In this document: in pieces, positions 27,510 to 35,440 of the stretch
Position numbering within the stretch: position 1 is the first letter of the stretch
How the letters are laid out: each line of letters opens with the position of its first letter
NCBI GenBank assembly: GCA_963719935.1
Contig: CAVRDY010000016.1
Span: 165,577-229,576 of the forward strand
Direction: 5' to 3'
Origin: an uncultured Actinomycetes bacterium
GTDB taxonomy: Bacteria > Actinomycetota > Acidimicrobiia > Acidimicrobiales > CAVRDY01
DNA length: 64,000 nt
Notes under the pieces: model-generated
What the model saw: only the letters and a program-made list of their open reading frames with translations
What the model was told of the DNA's origin: nothing
The model's database searches: none
Position numbers and translations under genes: made by a program

Positions 27510-28388
27510 ATGGGAGTCGCCCTGGCCGTGGACATCGGGGGAACCAAGGTGGCCGTGGGCCTGGTGGATCGCGACGGGGTACTGGGAGCGCACCGGCACC
27601 TGCCGACGCGGGCCGGCGGTGACGCCCTGGATCTGTGGGGTGATCTCGCGGCACTCGTGTCCGAGGTGTGGACCGGTGCCCCCGAGCCGGTGGAGGTGGT
27701 GGGTGTCGGGTGTGGTGGGCCCATGCGGGACCGGGGGGCCGAGGTGTCCCCGGTCAACATCCCCGCTTGGCGGTCCTTCCCGTTGCGCCCCCGCCTCCAC
27801 GAGCTCACCGGACTGCCCACGATCGTGGACAACGATGCCAAGGCCCTGGCCCTGGGAGAAGCATGGCGGGGGGCGGCGCAGGGCGAGCGCAACTTCCTGG
27901 CCATGGTGGTGAGCACCGGTGTGGGCGGAGGCATCGTGCTGGACGGTCGTCTGCTGGAAGGTGCCGACGGCAACGCCGGTCACATCGGCCATGTGGTTGT
28001 CGAACCCGGGGGGAGGCGCTGCGGTTGTGGGTCACAGGGCTGCCTTGAGGCGGAGGCCTCGGGTACGGCTCTGGCAGCTTCCACGGGACGCCCGCCTGCT
28101 GAGGCACCCCCTGAGGTCCGCCGGCGCACCGGCCGGTTGGTGGGCCGGGCCGTAGCCTCGGTCGCCGCCCTGTTGGATCTGCGGGTGGCGGTGGTGGCGG
28201 GAAGCGTGGCGCTGGGGTTCGGGTCCGAGTTCTTCGACGCCGCCCAGGAGGAGCTGGCGGCAAGGGCCTGCATCGACCACGCGCGCGGGACGGTCATCCG
28301 TCCCGCCGGCCTCGGGGCGTCGGGGCCGCTGGTGGGAGCGGCCGCCGTGGGCTGGAGAGGGATCGGCGTCGACGTGGGGGTTCGATGA
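27510..28388 (+). CDS. ROK-family kinase (second copy)
   Basis: N-terminus ALAVDIGGTKVAVG. ROK zinc motif GNAGHIGH..CGCGSQGCLE. No HTH. TAGGGT lies 8 nt upstream of the ATG. Confidence 0.8.
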   Translation: MGVALAVDIGGTKVAVGLVDRDGVLGAHRHLPTRAGGDALDLWGDLAALVSEVWTGAPEPVEVVGVGCGGPMRDRGAEVSPVNIPAWRSFPLRPRLHELTGLPTIVDNDAKALALGEAWRGAAQGERNFLAMVVSTGVGGGIVLDGRLLEGADGNAGHIGHVVVEPGGRRCGCGSQGCLEAEASGTALAASTGRPPAEAPPEVRRRTGRLVGRAVASVAALLDLRVAVVAGSVALGFGSEFFDAAQEELAARACIDHARGTVIRPAGLGASGPLVGAAAVGWRGIGVDVGVR

Positions 28389-28678
28389 GCGCAACGGCGG
28401 GAACCCGCCCGGAGCTTGGTCGGTCGGCGGTCGCCTCCTGGCGCGCCCTGTTCGCAGCGGTGCCGGTGGTGCTGGTCCATCCCGGCCTGTGGCGGGAGGC
28501 CGTCCGTCAACTGCGCCGCATGACCCCACCGCGTTGGTGGCGGAGCCCGCCGTTCCTGCCCGTGCCGGACCGGGCCTGGGTCGGGTTCCGGATGCTCACC
28601 CAGTACGGCGACGCCCGCGCCGTTCCTCCGCCCGAGCACGTGCTGGCCTTCCTGCGGTGGTGCCGGACCCAGCGGTAG
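28385..28678 (+). CDS. Trp/Arg-rich hypothetical protein
   Basis: 97-aa ORF. Its ATG overlaps the ROK stop (ATGA). No family recognised. Confidence 0.45.
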   Translation: MSATAGTRPELGRSAVASWRALFAAVPVVLVHPGLWREAVRQLRRMTPPRWWRSPPFLPVPDRAWVGFRMLTQYGDARAVPPPEHVLAFLRWCRTQR

Positions 28679-28735
28679 CCGGCAGACGCGGTAGTCGGCA
28701 GTTGCGGTAGCGGGCAGCTGCGGTAGCCGGCCGCG
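28672..28735. repeat. four imperfect direct repeats of a 16-bp unit GCGGTAGCCGGCAGNN
   Basis: gcggtagccggcagac / gcggtagtcggcagtt / gcggtagcgggcagct / gcggtagccggccgcg at 28672, 28688, 28704 and 28720. Located 54-117 bp upstream of the putative -10 of the HNH operon. Confidence 0.9.
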
Positions 28736-28801
28736 CCAGCTGCCCGGGGGGCCGGGCAATCCGGGGTTCGTGCCGGGTCACCCCCGTCTACGCTGCCCGC
28801 C

Positions 28802-29308
28802 ATGTCTCGGGCCCTGGTGCTCAACGCCACCTACGAGCCCCTGTCGGTGGTCACCCGCCGCCGGGCGCTGCTGCTCGTCCTGGCCGGCAAGGCGGACATG
28901 GTGCACGCCAGTGGCCTGACCATCCGCTCGGAGCGATCGGTGTTCGACCTGCCCTCGGTGGTCCGCCTGCGCACCCACGTGCGGGTGCCGTTCCGGCGCC
29001 GCGTGGCCGTTTCGCGCGCCGCGGTGTTCGTGCGGGATCAGGGCCGATGCCAGTACTGCGGTGGCCGGGCCGACAGTCTGGACCACGTGGTGCCCCGCAG
29101 CCGGGGAGGAACGCACAGCTGGGAGAACGTGGTTGCCGCCTGCCGGCGCTGCAACACAGCCAAGCGGGACCGCCTCCTCGAGCACACCGGGATGCGCCTG
29201 GCTCGCCGTCCGGTGGTCCCCCCGGCGACCACCTGGGTGGTGGCCGCCGCAGGCCGGGTCCCCACCGAGTGGCTCGACTATCTGGGCCTGGAGCAGCTCT
29301 CGGCGTGA
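28802..29308 (+). CDS. HNH endonuclease-family protein
   Basis: CQYCGG..DHVVPRSRGGTHSWENVVAACRRCNTAK. TACGCT lies 7 nt upstream of the ATG. Confidence 0.85.
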   Translation: MSRALVLNATYEPLSVVTRRRALLLVLAGKADMVHASGLTIRSERSVFDLPSVVRLRTHVRVPFRRRVAVSRAAVFVRDQGRCQYCGGRADSLDHVVPRSRGGTHSWENVVAACRRCNTAKRDRLLEHTGMRLARRPVVPPATTWVVAAAGRVPTEWLDYLGLEQLSA

Positions 29309-30429
29309 GCCGGTCCAGCCCTGCCGTGGAGGTCCTCGCCGGTGTGGTGGGCGCGGAGGTGCGGCTGGTGGTGCTCGAGCGTCGCCAGCCCCACCACGCC
29401 GCCCACGGCACCGTGTCGGAGCGGCCCACCGTGATCGTGGGTGTGACCCTCGACGACGGCACCCGCGGCTGGGGTGAGTGCCCGGCCCTCCCCCGACCCA
29501 CCTACACCTCCGAGTACGCCGCGGGGGCGTTCGCCCTGCTGCGCGACGAGTTGGTCCCCGCGCTGGTGGCCGGCCGGCCCGTCCCGGAGGTCGTCGGCCA
29601 TCCCATGGCCGTGGCAGCAGTGGCGGACGCCTGCCTGGACGCGGATCTGCGCAGGGAGGGGCGCAGCGCACTCGACCTGCTGGGAGCGACAGGCGGGTCG
29701 CGCCCCTGGCGGGCGGTGGTGGCCACCGCCTCCACCGACGAAGCGGTGGCAGCTGTGGACACGGCCGTGGCCCAGGGTGTCGGGTCGGTGAGCCTGAAGG
29801 TCGATGCCCGCAGCGCTCTGGAACGGGTCGACGCCGTCCGCCGTTCCTTCCCGGCCCTGGGCATCGCCGTGGACGCCAATGGCACCCTGGACGTTCTCGA
29901 CACCGACGACTGGGCGTTGCTCGACCGGGCGGGCCTGGACCTGGTCGAGCAACCCTGTCCGGCCGGGGACTGGGTGGGTTCGGCCCGGGTGGCGGCCCTC
30001 CTGGGGTGCCCGGTCTTGCTCGACGAGTCGATCACCTCCCGCCATGATCTCGACACCGTTGTGGCCCTGGACGCCGCCCGGGCGGTGAGCATCAAGCCTG
30101 CCCGCCTGGGTGGGGTGCAAGCTGGAGCGGCGCTGGCCCGGGATGCCGCTCACCGCGGCCTGCGGGTGCAGGTGGGAGGGATGCTCGAGTCCGCTGTGGG
30201 CCGGGCGGCCGCGCTTGTTGTGGCCGCACTGGAGGTCTGCGACCTGCCCACCCATCTGGGAGCCAGCGACCGTAGCTGGGTGCGCGACTTGGGTCGGATC
30301 GTCGGAGAGGGCGGCAACGTCGATGTGCCTCGGGGGGAAGGCATAACCGGGGGAGCCGCGGTCGAGGAGGAGGTCCTCGACTCCCTCACCCGCGAACGCG
30401 TGGTGTTCGGTGGGACGGCGGGTCGGTGA
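29305..30429 (+). CDS. enolase-superfamily enzyme (o-succinylbenzoate synthase / N-acylamino-acid racemase-like)
   Basis: GTG 29305 overlaps the HNH stop (GTGA). GWGECPALP, LKVD, AVDANG, VEQP and LDES metal-ligand-type spacing, plus SIKPARLGG. Confidence 0.75.
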   Translation: MSRSSPAVEVLAGVVGAEVRLVVLERRQPHHAAHGTVSERPTVIVGVTLDDGTRGWGECPALPRPTYTSEYAAGAFALLRDELVPALVAGRPVPEVVGHPMAVAAVADACLDADLRREGRSALDLLGATGGSRPWRAVVATASTDEAVAAVDTAVAQGVGSVSLKVDARSALERVDAVRRSFPALGIAVDANGTLDVLDTDDWALLDRAGLDLVEQPCPAGDWVGSARVAALLGCPVLLDESITSRHDLDTVVALDAARAVSIKPARLGGVQAGAALARDAAHRGLRVQVGGMLESAVGRAAALVVAALEVCDLPTHLGASDRSWVRDLGRIVGEGGNVDVPRGEGITGGAAVEEEVLDSLTRERVVFGGTAGR

Positions 30430-31094
30430 GCCGTGAGGGGTGGATGGTGGAGTCGACCCGGCAGAGCGCAGCGGAGCTGCTGGCCAGCCTGGACGACCGG
30501 CCACCCCCCCTTCGGTGGGCCCGGCTGGGAACGGTGACCGGGCCCGCACTGGTGCTGGGCAGTGCCCAGGACGAGCGGGTGGTGGTTCCTGGTTCGGTGC
30601 CGGCGGGCGTGGCCGTGGTGCGACGGCGAACGGGAGGCGGCGCCGTGGTCGTGGTGCCCGGTCACCAGGTGTGGATCGACTTCTGGCTCCCGGCCGGCGA
30701 CGAGTTGCACGAGAGGGACCTCGACAGGTCCTTCGCGTGGCTGGGGCAGGTGTTCGCCACCGCGTTGAGTGCGCTGGGGGTGGAGGCGGAGGTGCACACG
30801 GGGCCCCTGCTCCCTCGTCGCTGGGGCCGCCTCGTCTGCTTCGCCGGCCTGGGCCCGGGCGAGGTGAGCGTTGCCGGGCGCAAGGTGGTGGGTCTGGCGC
30901 AGCGTCGTACCCGGCACGGCGCCTGGTTCCAGGCCATGGCCCTGTTGCGGTGGGCCCCTGAGGAGTGGTGTCGGTGGTTGGTGTTCCCGGAGTCGGGCTC
31001 GTGCCTGGCACTCGAGGATCTGGCCGCCGCGGCCTCGGGTCTGGAGTTGGACGGGGGTGAGTTGGGCCGCGCCGTGATCGACGCGCTGCCCTGA
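30426..31094 (+). CDS. biotin/lipoate A/B protein-ligase-family protein (LplA-like catalytic domain only)
   Basis: GTG 30426 overlaps the upstream stop (GTGA). VVRRRTGGGAVVV and GRKVVGLAQRR motifs. Confidence 0.7.
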   Translation: MSREGWMVESTRQSAAELLASLDDRPPPLRWARLGTVTGPALVLGSAQDERVVVPGSVPAGVAVVRRRTGGGAVVVVPGHQVWIDFWLPAGDELHERDLDRSFAWLGQVFATALSALGVEAEVHTGPLLPRRWGRLVCFAGLGPGEVSVAGRKVVGLAQRRTRHGAWFQAMALLRWAPEEWCRWLVFPESGSCLALEDLAAAASGLELDGGELGRAVIDALP

Positions 31095-31189
31095 GCCGGC
31101 ATCGCCCCTGGCTCCCGGGGGTGCTGTCTGCGGTCATCTCACCACGGAGCGTGGGAAGTGATGCCATCCCAGCCAGGGGAAGTTGGGGG

Positions 31190-31222
31190 TTGACCGGTGG
31201 GGAGGGGTGGCATAGTGTGGGG
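31190..31222 (+). promoter_or_regulatory. candidate mraZ/dcw promoter (TTGACC-17 nt-TAGTGT) overlapped by three GTGG(G) motifs in 10-bp phase
   Basis: TTGACC at 31190-31195 and TAGTGT at 31213-31218. GTGGGG at 31197, GTGG at 31207 and GTGGGG at 31217. Confidence 0.45.
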
Positions 31223-31293
31223 CGAAATGGAGGAACAGGGCAGGCCATGGCAGACCATGACAGGCCCTGCCCAGGGAAGGGAGTCGTGAGGGA

Positions 31294-31713
31294 GTGTTCG
31301 TCGGGCAGTTCGAGCACTCTCTCGACGACAAGGGCCGGATCGTCCTGCCCGCCCCTTTCCGCCAGTACCTGGCGGAGCAGGGGTTCCTGACCCAGTACGA
31401 CCAGTGCCTCGGGCTCTGGACACCGGAAGGATTCAAAGAAGTGGCAGACCGACTGACCGAGCGGGTGCGAAACGGAGAGGCCAGCCAGCTGGCGCTCCGG
31501 GCCTTCTCGGCCAACGCCCACCAGGTCCGGACCGACAGCCAAGGTCGCATCGGCATCCCCGAACGACTCCGGAGCTTCGCCGGCCTCGAGCGTGATGCGG
31601 TCGTCATCGGTGCTCTCGACCGCATCGAGATCTGGGATGCCCACCGCTGGGAAGAGCTCGGCGAGGCATCCGATGCCTCCCTGGTCGACGCCGTCACCCG
31701 CCTCGGGATCTGA
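31294..31713 (+). CDS. mraZ: transcriptional regulator MraZ
   Basis: (V)FVGQFEHSLDDKGRIVLP plus the second SpoVT/AbrB-like repeat DSQGRIGIP. GGGAAGGGAG RBS upstream. Confidence 0.9.
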   Translation: MFVGQFEHSLDDKGRIVLPAPFRQYLAEQGFLTQYDQCLGLWTPEGFKEVADRLTERVRNGEASQLALRAFSANAHQVRTDSQGRIGIPERLRSFAGLERDAVVIGALDRIEIWDAHRWEELGEASDASLVDAVTRLGI

Positions 31714-31725
31714 CCCGCTACCGAT

Positions 31726-31753
31726 CCCACCCACCCATCCGCCCACCCACCCA
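31726..31753 (-). repeat. G-quadruplex-type motif (six GGG tracts on the minus strand, C-tracts on the coding strand)
   Basis: Plus strand reads cccacccacccatccgcccacccaccca. Minus strand reads TGGGTGGGTGGGCGGATGGGTGGGTGGG. Lies between mraZ and rsmH. Confidence 0.8.
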
Positions 31754-31949
31754 GGAGATCCACCCAGCCGGAACGATCCACCAGATGCCCATGTGCAGCC
31801 TCTCGGTCGGCGAGATGGAAGGCCCCTAACTCCGCCCGCTTCCCATCTAGCTCGATCGGGAGAGACAACCCGACGTGCGCTTGTCGGCCGGGGGGCTGCA
31901 GATGGACATCCGGGTCGAGCCGGGTGGCCGGGTCGGGAGAGGTCCCGCC

Positions 31950-32936
31950 GTGCACCACTCGACCGAGGTGCCCGCCTTCCACCACCGACCGGTGATGGTG
32001 GATGAGGTGGTCGACCTCTTCGCTCCGGTGCCCGCCGGCCTGTGGGTGGATGCGACGGTCGGAGGCGGGGGCCACGCCCGAGCCGTCCTGGAGTCTCGCT
32101 CCGACCTACGCCTACTCGGCCTCGACCGAGACCGTGACGCCCTCACCGCCGCCGCAACCAACCTGGCCGACCTCGGCGATCGTGTGATCTTGCGCCGCTG
32201 CCGATTCGACGGGCTGCGCTCCGCGCTAGACGAATTGGACGAGGCCGAAGTGGCCGGCGTGCTCTTCGACCTAGGGGTGAGCTCACCCCAGCTCGACCGG
32301 GCCGAGCGCGGGTTCAGCTACCGCGCCGAAGGTCCTCTGGACATGCGCATGGACCAGCGGGACGTGCGCACGGCGGCCGAGGTGGTCAACACCTACGCCG
32401 AAGCTGATCTGGCCCGGGTTCTGCGAACCTTCGGAGACGAACGCTTCGCCCGGCGCATCGCCGCGGCCATCGTGGCCGCACGCCCCGTCGCCACCACCGG
32501 AGAGCTGGCCGAGATCGTGCGTGACGCCATCCCGGCGGCGGCTCGACGGACGGGCGGCCATCCCGCCACGCGCACCTTCCAGGCCATCCGGATCGAGGTG
32601 AACGAAGAGCTCGACGTACTCGCCCCCAGCCTCGAGCAAGCCATCGAGGTCCTGGCCGAAGGTGGCCGCTGCGGGGTGCTCACCTACCACTCGGGTGAGG
32701 ACCGCATCGTCGTCAACGTCTTCCGGCATGCAGCGGGAGAAGACCAAGAGATCCCAGCGGGGTTCCCGGTCGAACCGGCGGCGAGCCGTGTCCGCCACGT
32801 CTCCCGGCGGGCACGGCGGCCGTCGTCGGATGAGGTGCAGGCCAACCCCCGGGCTGCGAGCGCCCGCCTGCGCGCCGTCGAGCATGTGACATCCACCACT
32901 TCGCCTTCCGATGCGGCGAGAGTTGATGTCCGATGA
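31950..32936 (+). CDS. rsmH: 16S rRNA (cytosine1402-N4)-methyltransferase RsmH
   Basis: HRPVMVDEVV, DATVGGGGHA and DLGVSSPQLD motifs. I prefer GTG 31950 (GGGAGAGG 8 nt upstream). The frame is open from 31875. Confidence 0.85.
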   Translation: MHHSTEVPAFHHRPVMVDEVVDLFAPVPAGLWVDATVGGGGHARAVLESRSDLRLLGLDRDRDALTAAATNLADLGDRVILRRCRFDGLRSALDELDEAEVAGVLFDLGVSSPQLDRAERGFSYRAEGPLDMRMDQRDVRTAAEVVNTYAEADLARVLRTFGDERFARRIAAAIVAARPVATTGELAEIVRDAIPAAARRTGGHPATRTFQAIRIEVNEELDVLAPSLEQAIEVLAEGGRCGVLTYHSGEDRIVVNVFRHAAGEDQEIPAGFPVEPAASRVRHVSRRARRPSSDEVQANPRAASARLRAVEHVTSTTSPSDAARVDVR

Positions 32937-33328
32937 GTACGGCACGCGCCACTGAGGCTCCCAGCATCAGGCGCGTGGCTCAGGAGCCCGCCCGCCGCTC
33001 TCGACCCCGCCCGACCCGCCCGTCGCTGCGAGTCGTGCCCCGGCAGCAGCGTCGCGGCCTCGTGGGCACGGTCGTCGCTCTGACGGTGCTAGCGCTGTTC
33101 GCGTCGCTCTTCGGGCTGGCGGTATTCCACACGATGCTCGTCGAGGGCCAGTCAACCATCGACGAGCTCGACGACCGCATGACCGTCGCCGAGGCCGAGA
33201 CCGAACGGCTGCGACTCCAGATCTCCGAGCTCGAATCGCCCGAACGGATCCTGTCGGTTGCGACAGAAGACCTGGGGATGATCCCACCTGACGACGTGAT
33301 CCAGCTCACAGCCGAGTCGGACGGATGA
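32933..33328 (+). CDS. ftsL: cell division protein FtsL-like
   Basis: ATGA overlap with rsmH. Basic N-terminus, single TM helix, coiled coil, in the canonical dcw position. Confidence 0.7.
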   Translation: MSTARATEAPSIRRVAQEPARRSRPRPTRPSLRVVPRQQRRGLVGTVVALTVLALFASLFGLAVFHTMLVEGQSTIDELDDRMTVAEAETERLRLQISELESPERILSVATEDLGMIPPDDVIQLTAESDG

Positions 33329-35440
33329 GCCGGAGCACCACCGGCCCGCGTCCCACCCGACCAACCCGTTCCACCTCGCATACCGGGGCCCAGCGGCGTC
33401 CGCGGAGTCCCGTTCACCACAGCCCCGCGAAGTCGGCGGGCCGGTCGGCCGGCGGGCCGGCAGGCCGACACCCCGGACCTCGCGTGTCCCCCCGGCCCGG
33501 GCGCCGGACAGCGGCTACCGCCCCTGCCGGGCGCCCGCGCCGTCGCCTCGTCGCCCTCGTCGTCATCACCGTCTTGGTGTTCACACTCCTGGCCCTGCGT
33601 GTCGTCCAGCTCCAGGCCCTGGAGCCCGAGCGCTTCGTCGCGCTCAGCGAGGAGCAGACGGTGCGGTCCTTCGCCCTGGCCGCCGACCGGGGGTCGATCC
33701 TGGACCGTCATGGCCATGAGCTGGCGCTATCGATCCCGCAGCGCACCGTCTTCACCGATCCCAAGTTCGTGGAGGAACCATCCACGGCGGCGGCGCAGCT
33801 GGCCCCCATCCTGGGTCGCCCCGCGACTGACATCGAGGCTCAGCTCTCCGCCGAGAACCGCTTCGGCTACCTGGCCCGCCAGGTCAGCGACGACGTAGCG
33901 GAAGCCGTGGAGGCACTGGAGCTGCCGGGTGTCTACACCATCGAGGAACCACACCGCTTCGCTCCCAGCGGTGACCTGGCCACATCGCTGTTGGGCCTGA
34001 CCGACATCGACAACGTCGGTCTGGGAGGTCTGGAGCTCCAGTACGAGGATGTGCTTGCCGGTACACCCGGCCACCTCACCTTCGAGCAGGATCCCGAGGG
34101 TCGAACCATCGCCGGTGGTGAGCACGAGCTGGTGCCTCCCGAGTCGGGTGACAGCGTCATGCTCACAATCGACCGGGCTCTCCAGCACGAGGCCGAGTTG
34201 GTGCTGGCCGAGCACGTCGAGACCAACGGTGCCGAGGCGGGCATGATGGTGGCGACGGACCCACGCACCGGGGAGATCCTGGCCATGGCCAACGTGGGAC
34301 GCTCGGCGGACACGGGGGAGGTGATGGCCAGCACCAACAACCTGGCGCTCACCACCGTCTACGAGCCCGGATCGGTCATGAAGATCGTGGGCATGTCGGG
34401 TGCGTTGGAGGACGGGCTGGTGAGCCCTCAGGGCGCTTGCGTGAACGCCCCCGACTCCCTCGAGGTGGGTGGCGGGACGTTCAGCGAGTACTCGCCCCAC
34501 GGTGGAGGCTGCTGGCCCTTGGAGGACGTGATCGTCAAGTCCTCCAACACCGGAAGCATCAACATCGCCCTGATGCTGGGTCCCGACCGCCTGGCGCACT
34601 ACTTCTCTGCATTCGGGCTGGGGCAGCCGACGGGACTCGGCTTTCCCGAACGAGCTCAGCGGCTACGTCCGGCCGGTGGAGGAGTGGTGGGGGACGTCCA
34701 TCGCCAGCATGCCGATCGGGCAGGGCATCTCGGTCACGCCGCTGCAGATGCTGCTGGCCTACAACACGATCGCCAACGACGGGCTCTTCGTGCCTCCGAG
34801 CCTGGTGCGGGCCACCGTGGACGCCGAAGGCCGCGAACATCTTGGCCCCAGGCCAGAACGGCGAGTTGTTTCGGCCGCGACTGCGGCCCAGGTTCGTGGG
34901 ATGCTCACCGAGGTGGTCACTCGGGGAACGGCCACATCGGCGCAGATGGACGGCCACCTGGTGGCGGGAAAGACGGGAACGGCGCAGATCCCGGCCCCCG
35001 AAGGTGGCTACATGTTCACTGACGGTACGAAGCACTACATGGCGACGTTCTGTGGAATGGTGCCGGCTGACGCCCCACGCTTCTCGGCCTGCGTCGCCAT
35101 CCAGCACCCCACCGCCGGCCCTTACACCGGAGGTGCCGTGGCGGCTCCGGCCTTCGCCGACTTCGCGCGGGTGGCGGTGGCCCGGCTACGCATCCCACCC
35201 AGCACGCTCGGGCTCCCGGCCGAGGATCTGGGCCCGACCTCCCGTGACACCGAAGTGGAGCGGTGGTTCACCGGACTCGGTGCACCGCCGGAGGGGCGGG
35301 TACGGGCCGAACCTGCGGGGAGCGCGCCGATCGATCCCGCCAGCGGACCCCCGACCTCCGGCGCGGCCACGTCGCCGGAATCGGGTAGTGCAGACCCCGC
35401 TGCGCCGTCGACCACGGCATCCCCCAGCAACAGCGGGTGA
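33325..35440 (+). pseudogene. ftsI: penicillin-binding protein FtsI (class B PBP), one +1 frameshift at about 34648
   Basis: N-terminal 440 aa are in the frame of ORF 33325. From EEWWGTSIASMPIGQGISVTPLQ..GKTGTAQ onward the protein is in the frame of ORF 34676. Removing g34648 gives GFPNELSGYVRPVEEWWG. Confidence 0.85.

Noticed and set aside
8591-28388. The two ROK proteins (8591-9574 and 27510-28388) as NagC/Mlc-type repressors, with the GTTCTG(G)GACCAT direct repeats at 27420-27462 as their operator
   Set aside because: Both proteins start directly with the kinase ATP-binding motif (DVGGTK/DIGGTK) and lack an N-terminal winged-helix domain, so they are kinases. The short repeat is weak (one mismatch or indel, two copies) and I could not support it further.
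28802-29308. The HNH endonuclease as a marker of a mobile element, homing intron or restriction/defence island
   Set aside because: There is no integrase, transposase, terminal inverted or direct repeats, tRNA attachment site, methyltransferase or ATPase partner nearby. GC content and codon style match the surroundings. The gene is translationally coupled to housekeeping-type enzymes.
29278-31746. 822-aa minus-strand ORF spanning the MenC-like, LplA-like and mraZ loci
   Set aside because: It is antisense to three well-supported plus-strand genes and crosses an intergenic promoter region. The translation is R/P/G-rich and motif-less. It is a high-GC artefact.
31592-32005. 137-aa ORF with a PPTHPPTHP repeat across the mraZ-rsmH gap
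   Set aside because: The repeat is simply the translation of the C-tract/G4 motif. The ORF overlaps the mraZ 3' end and the rsmH 5' end out of frame.
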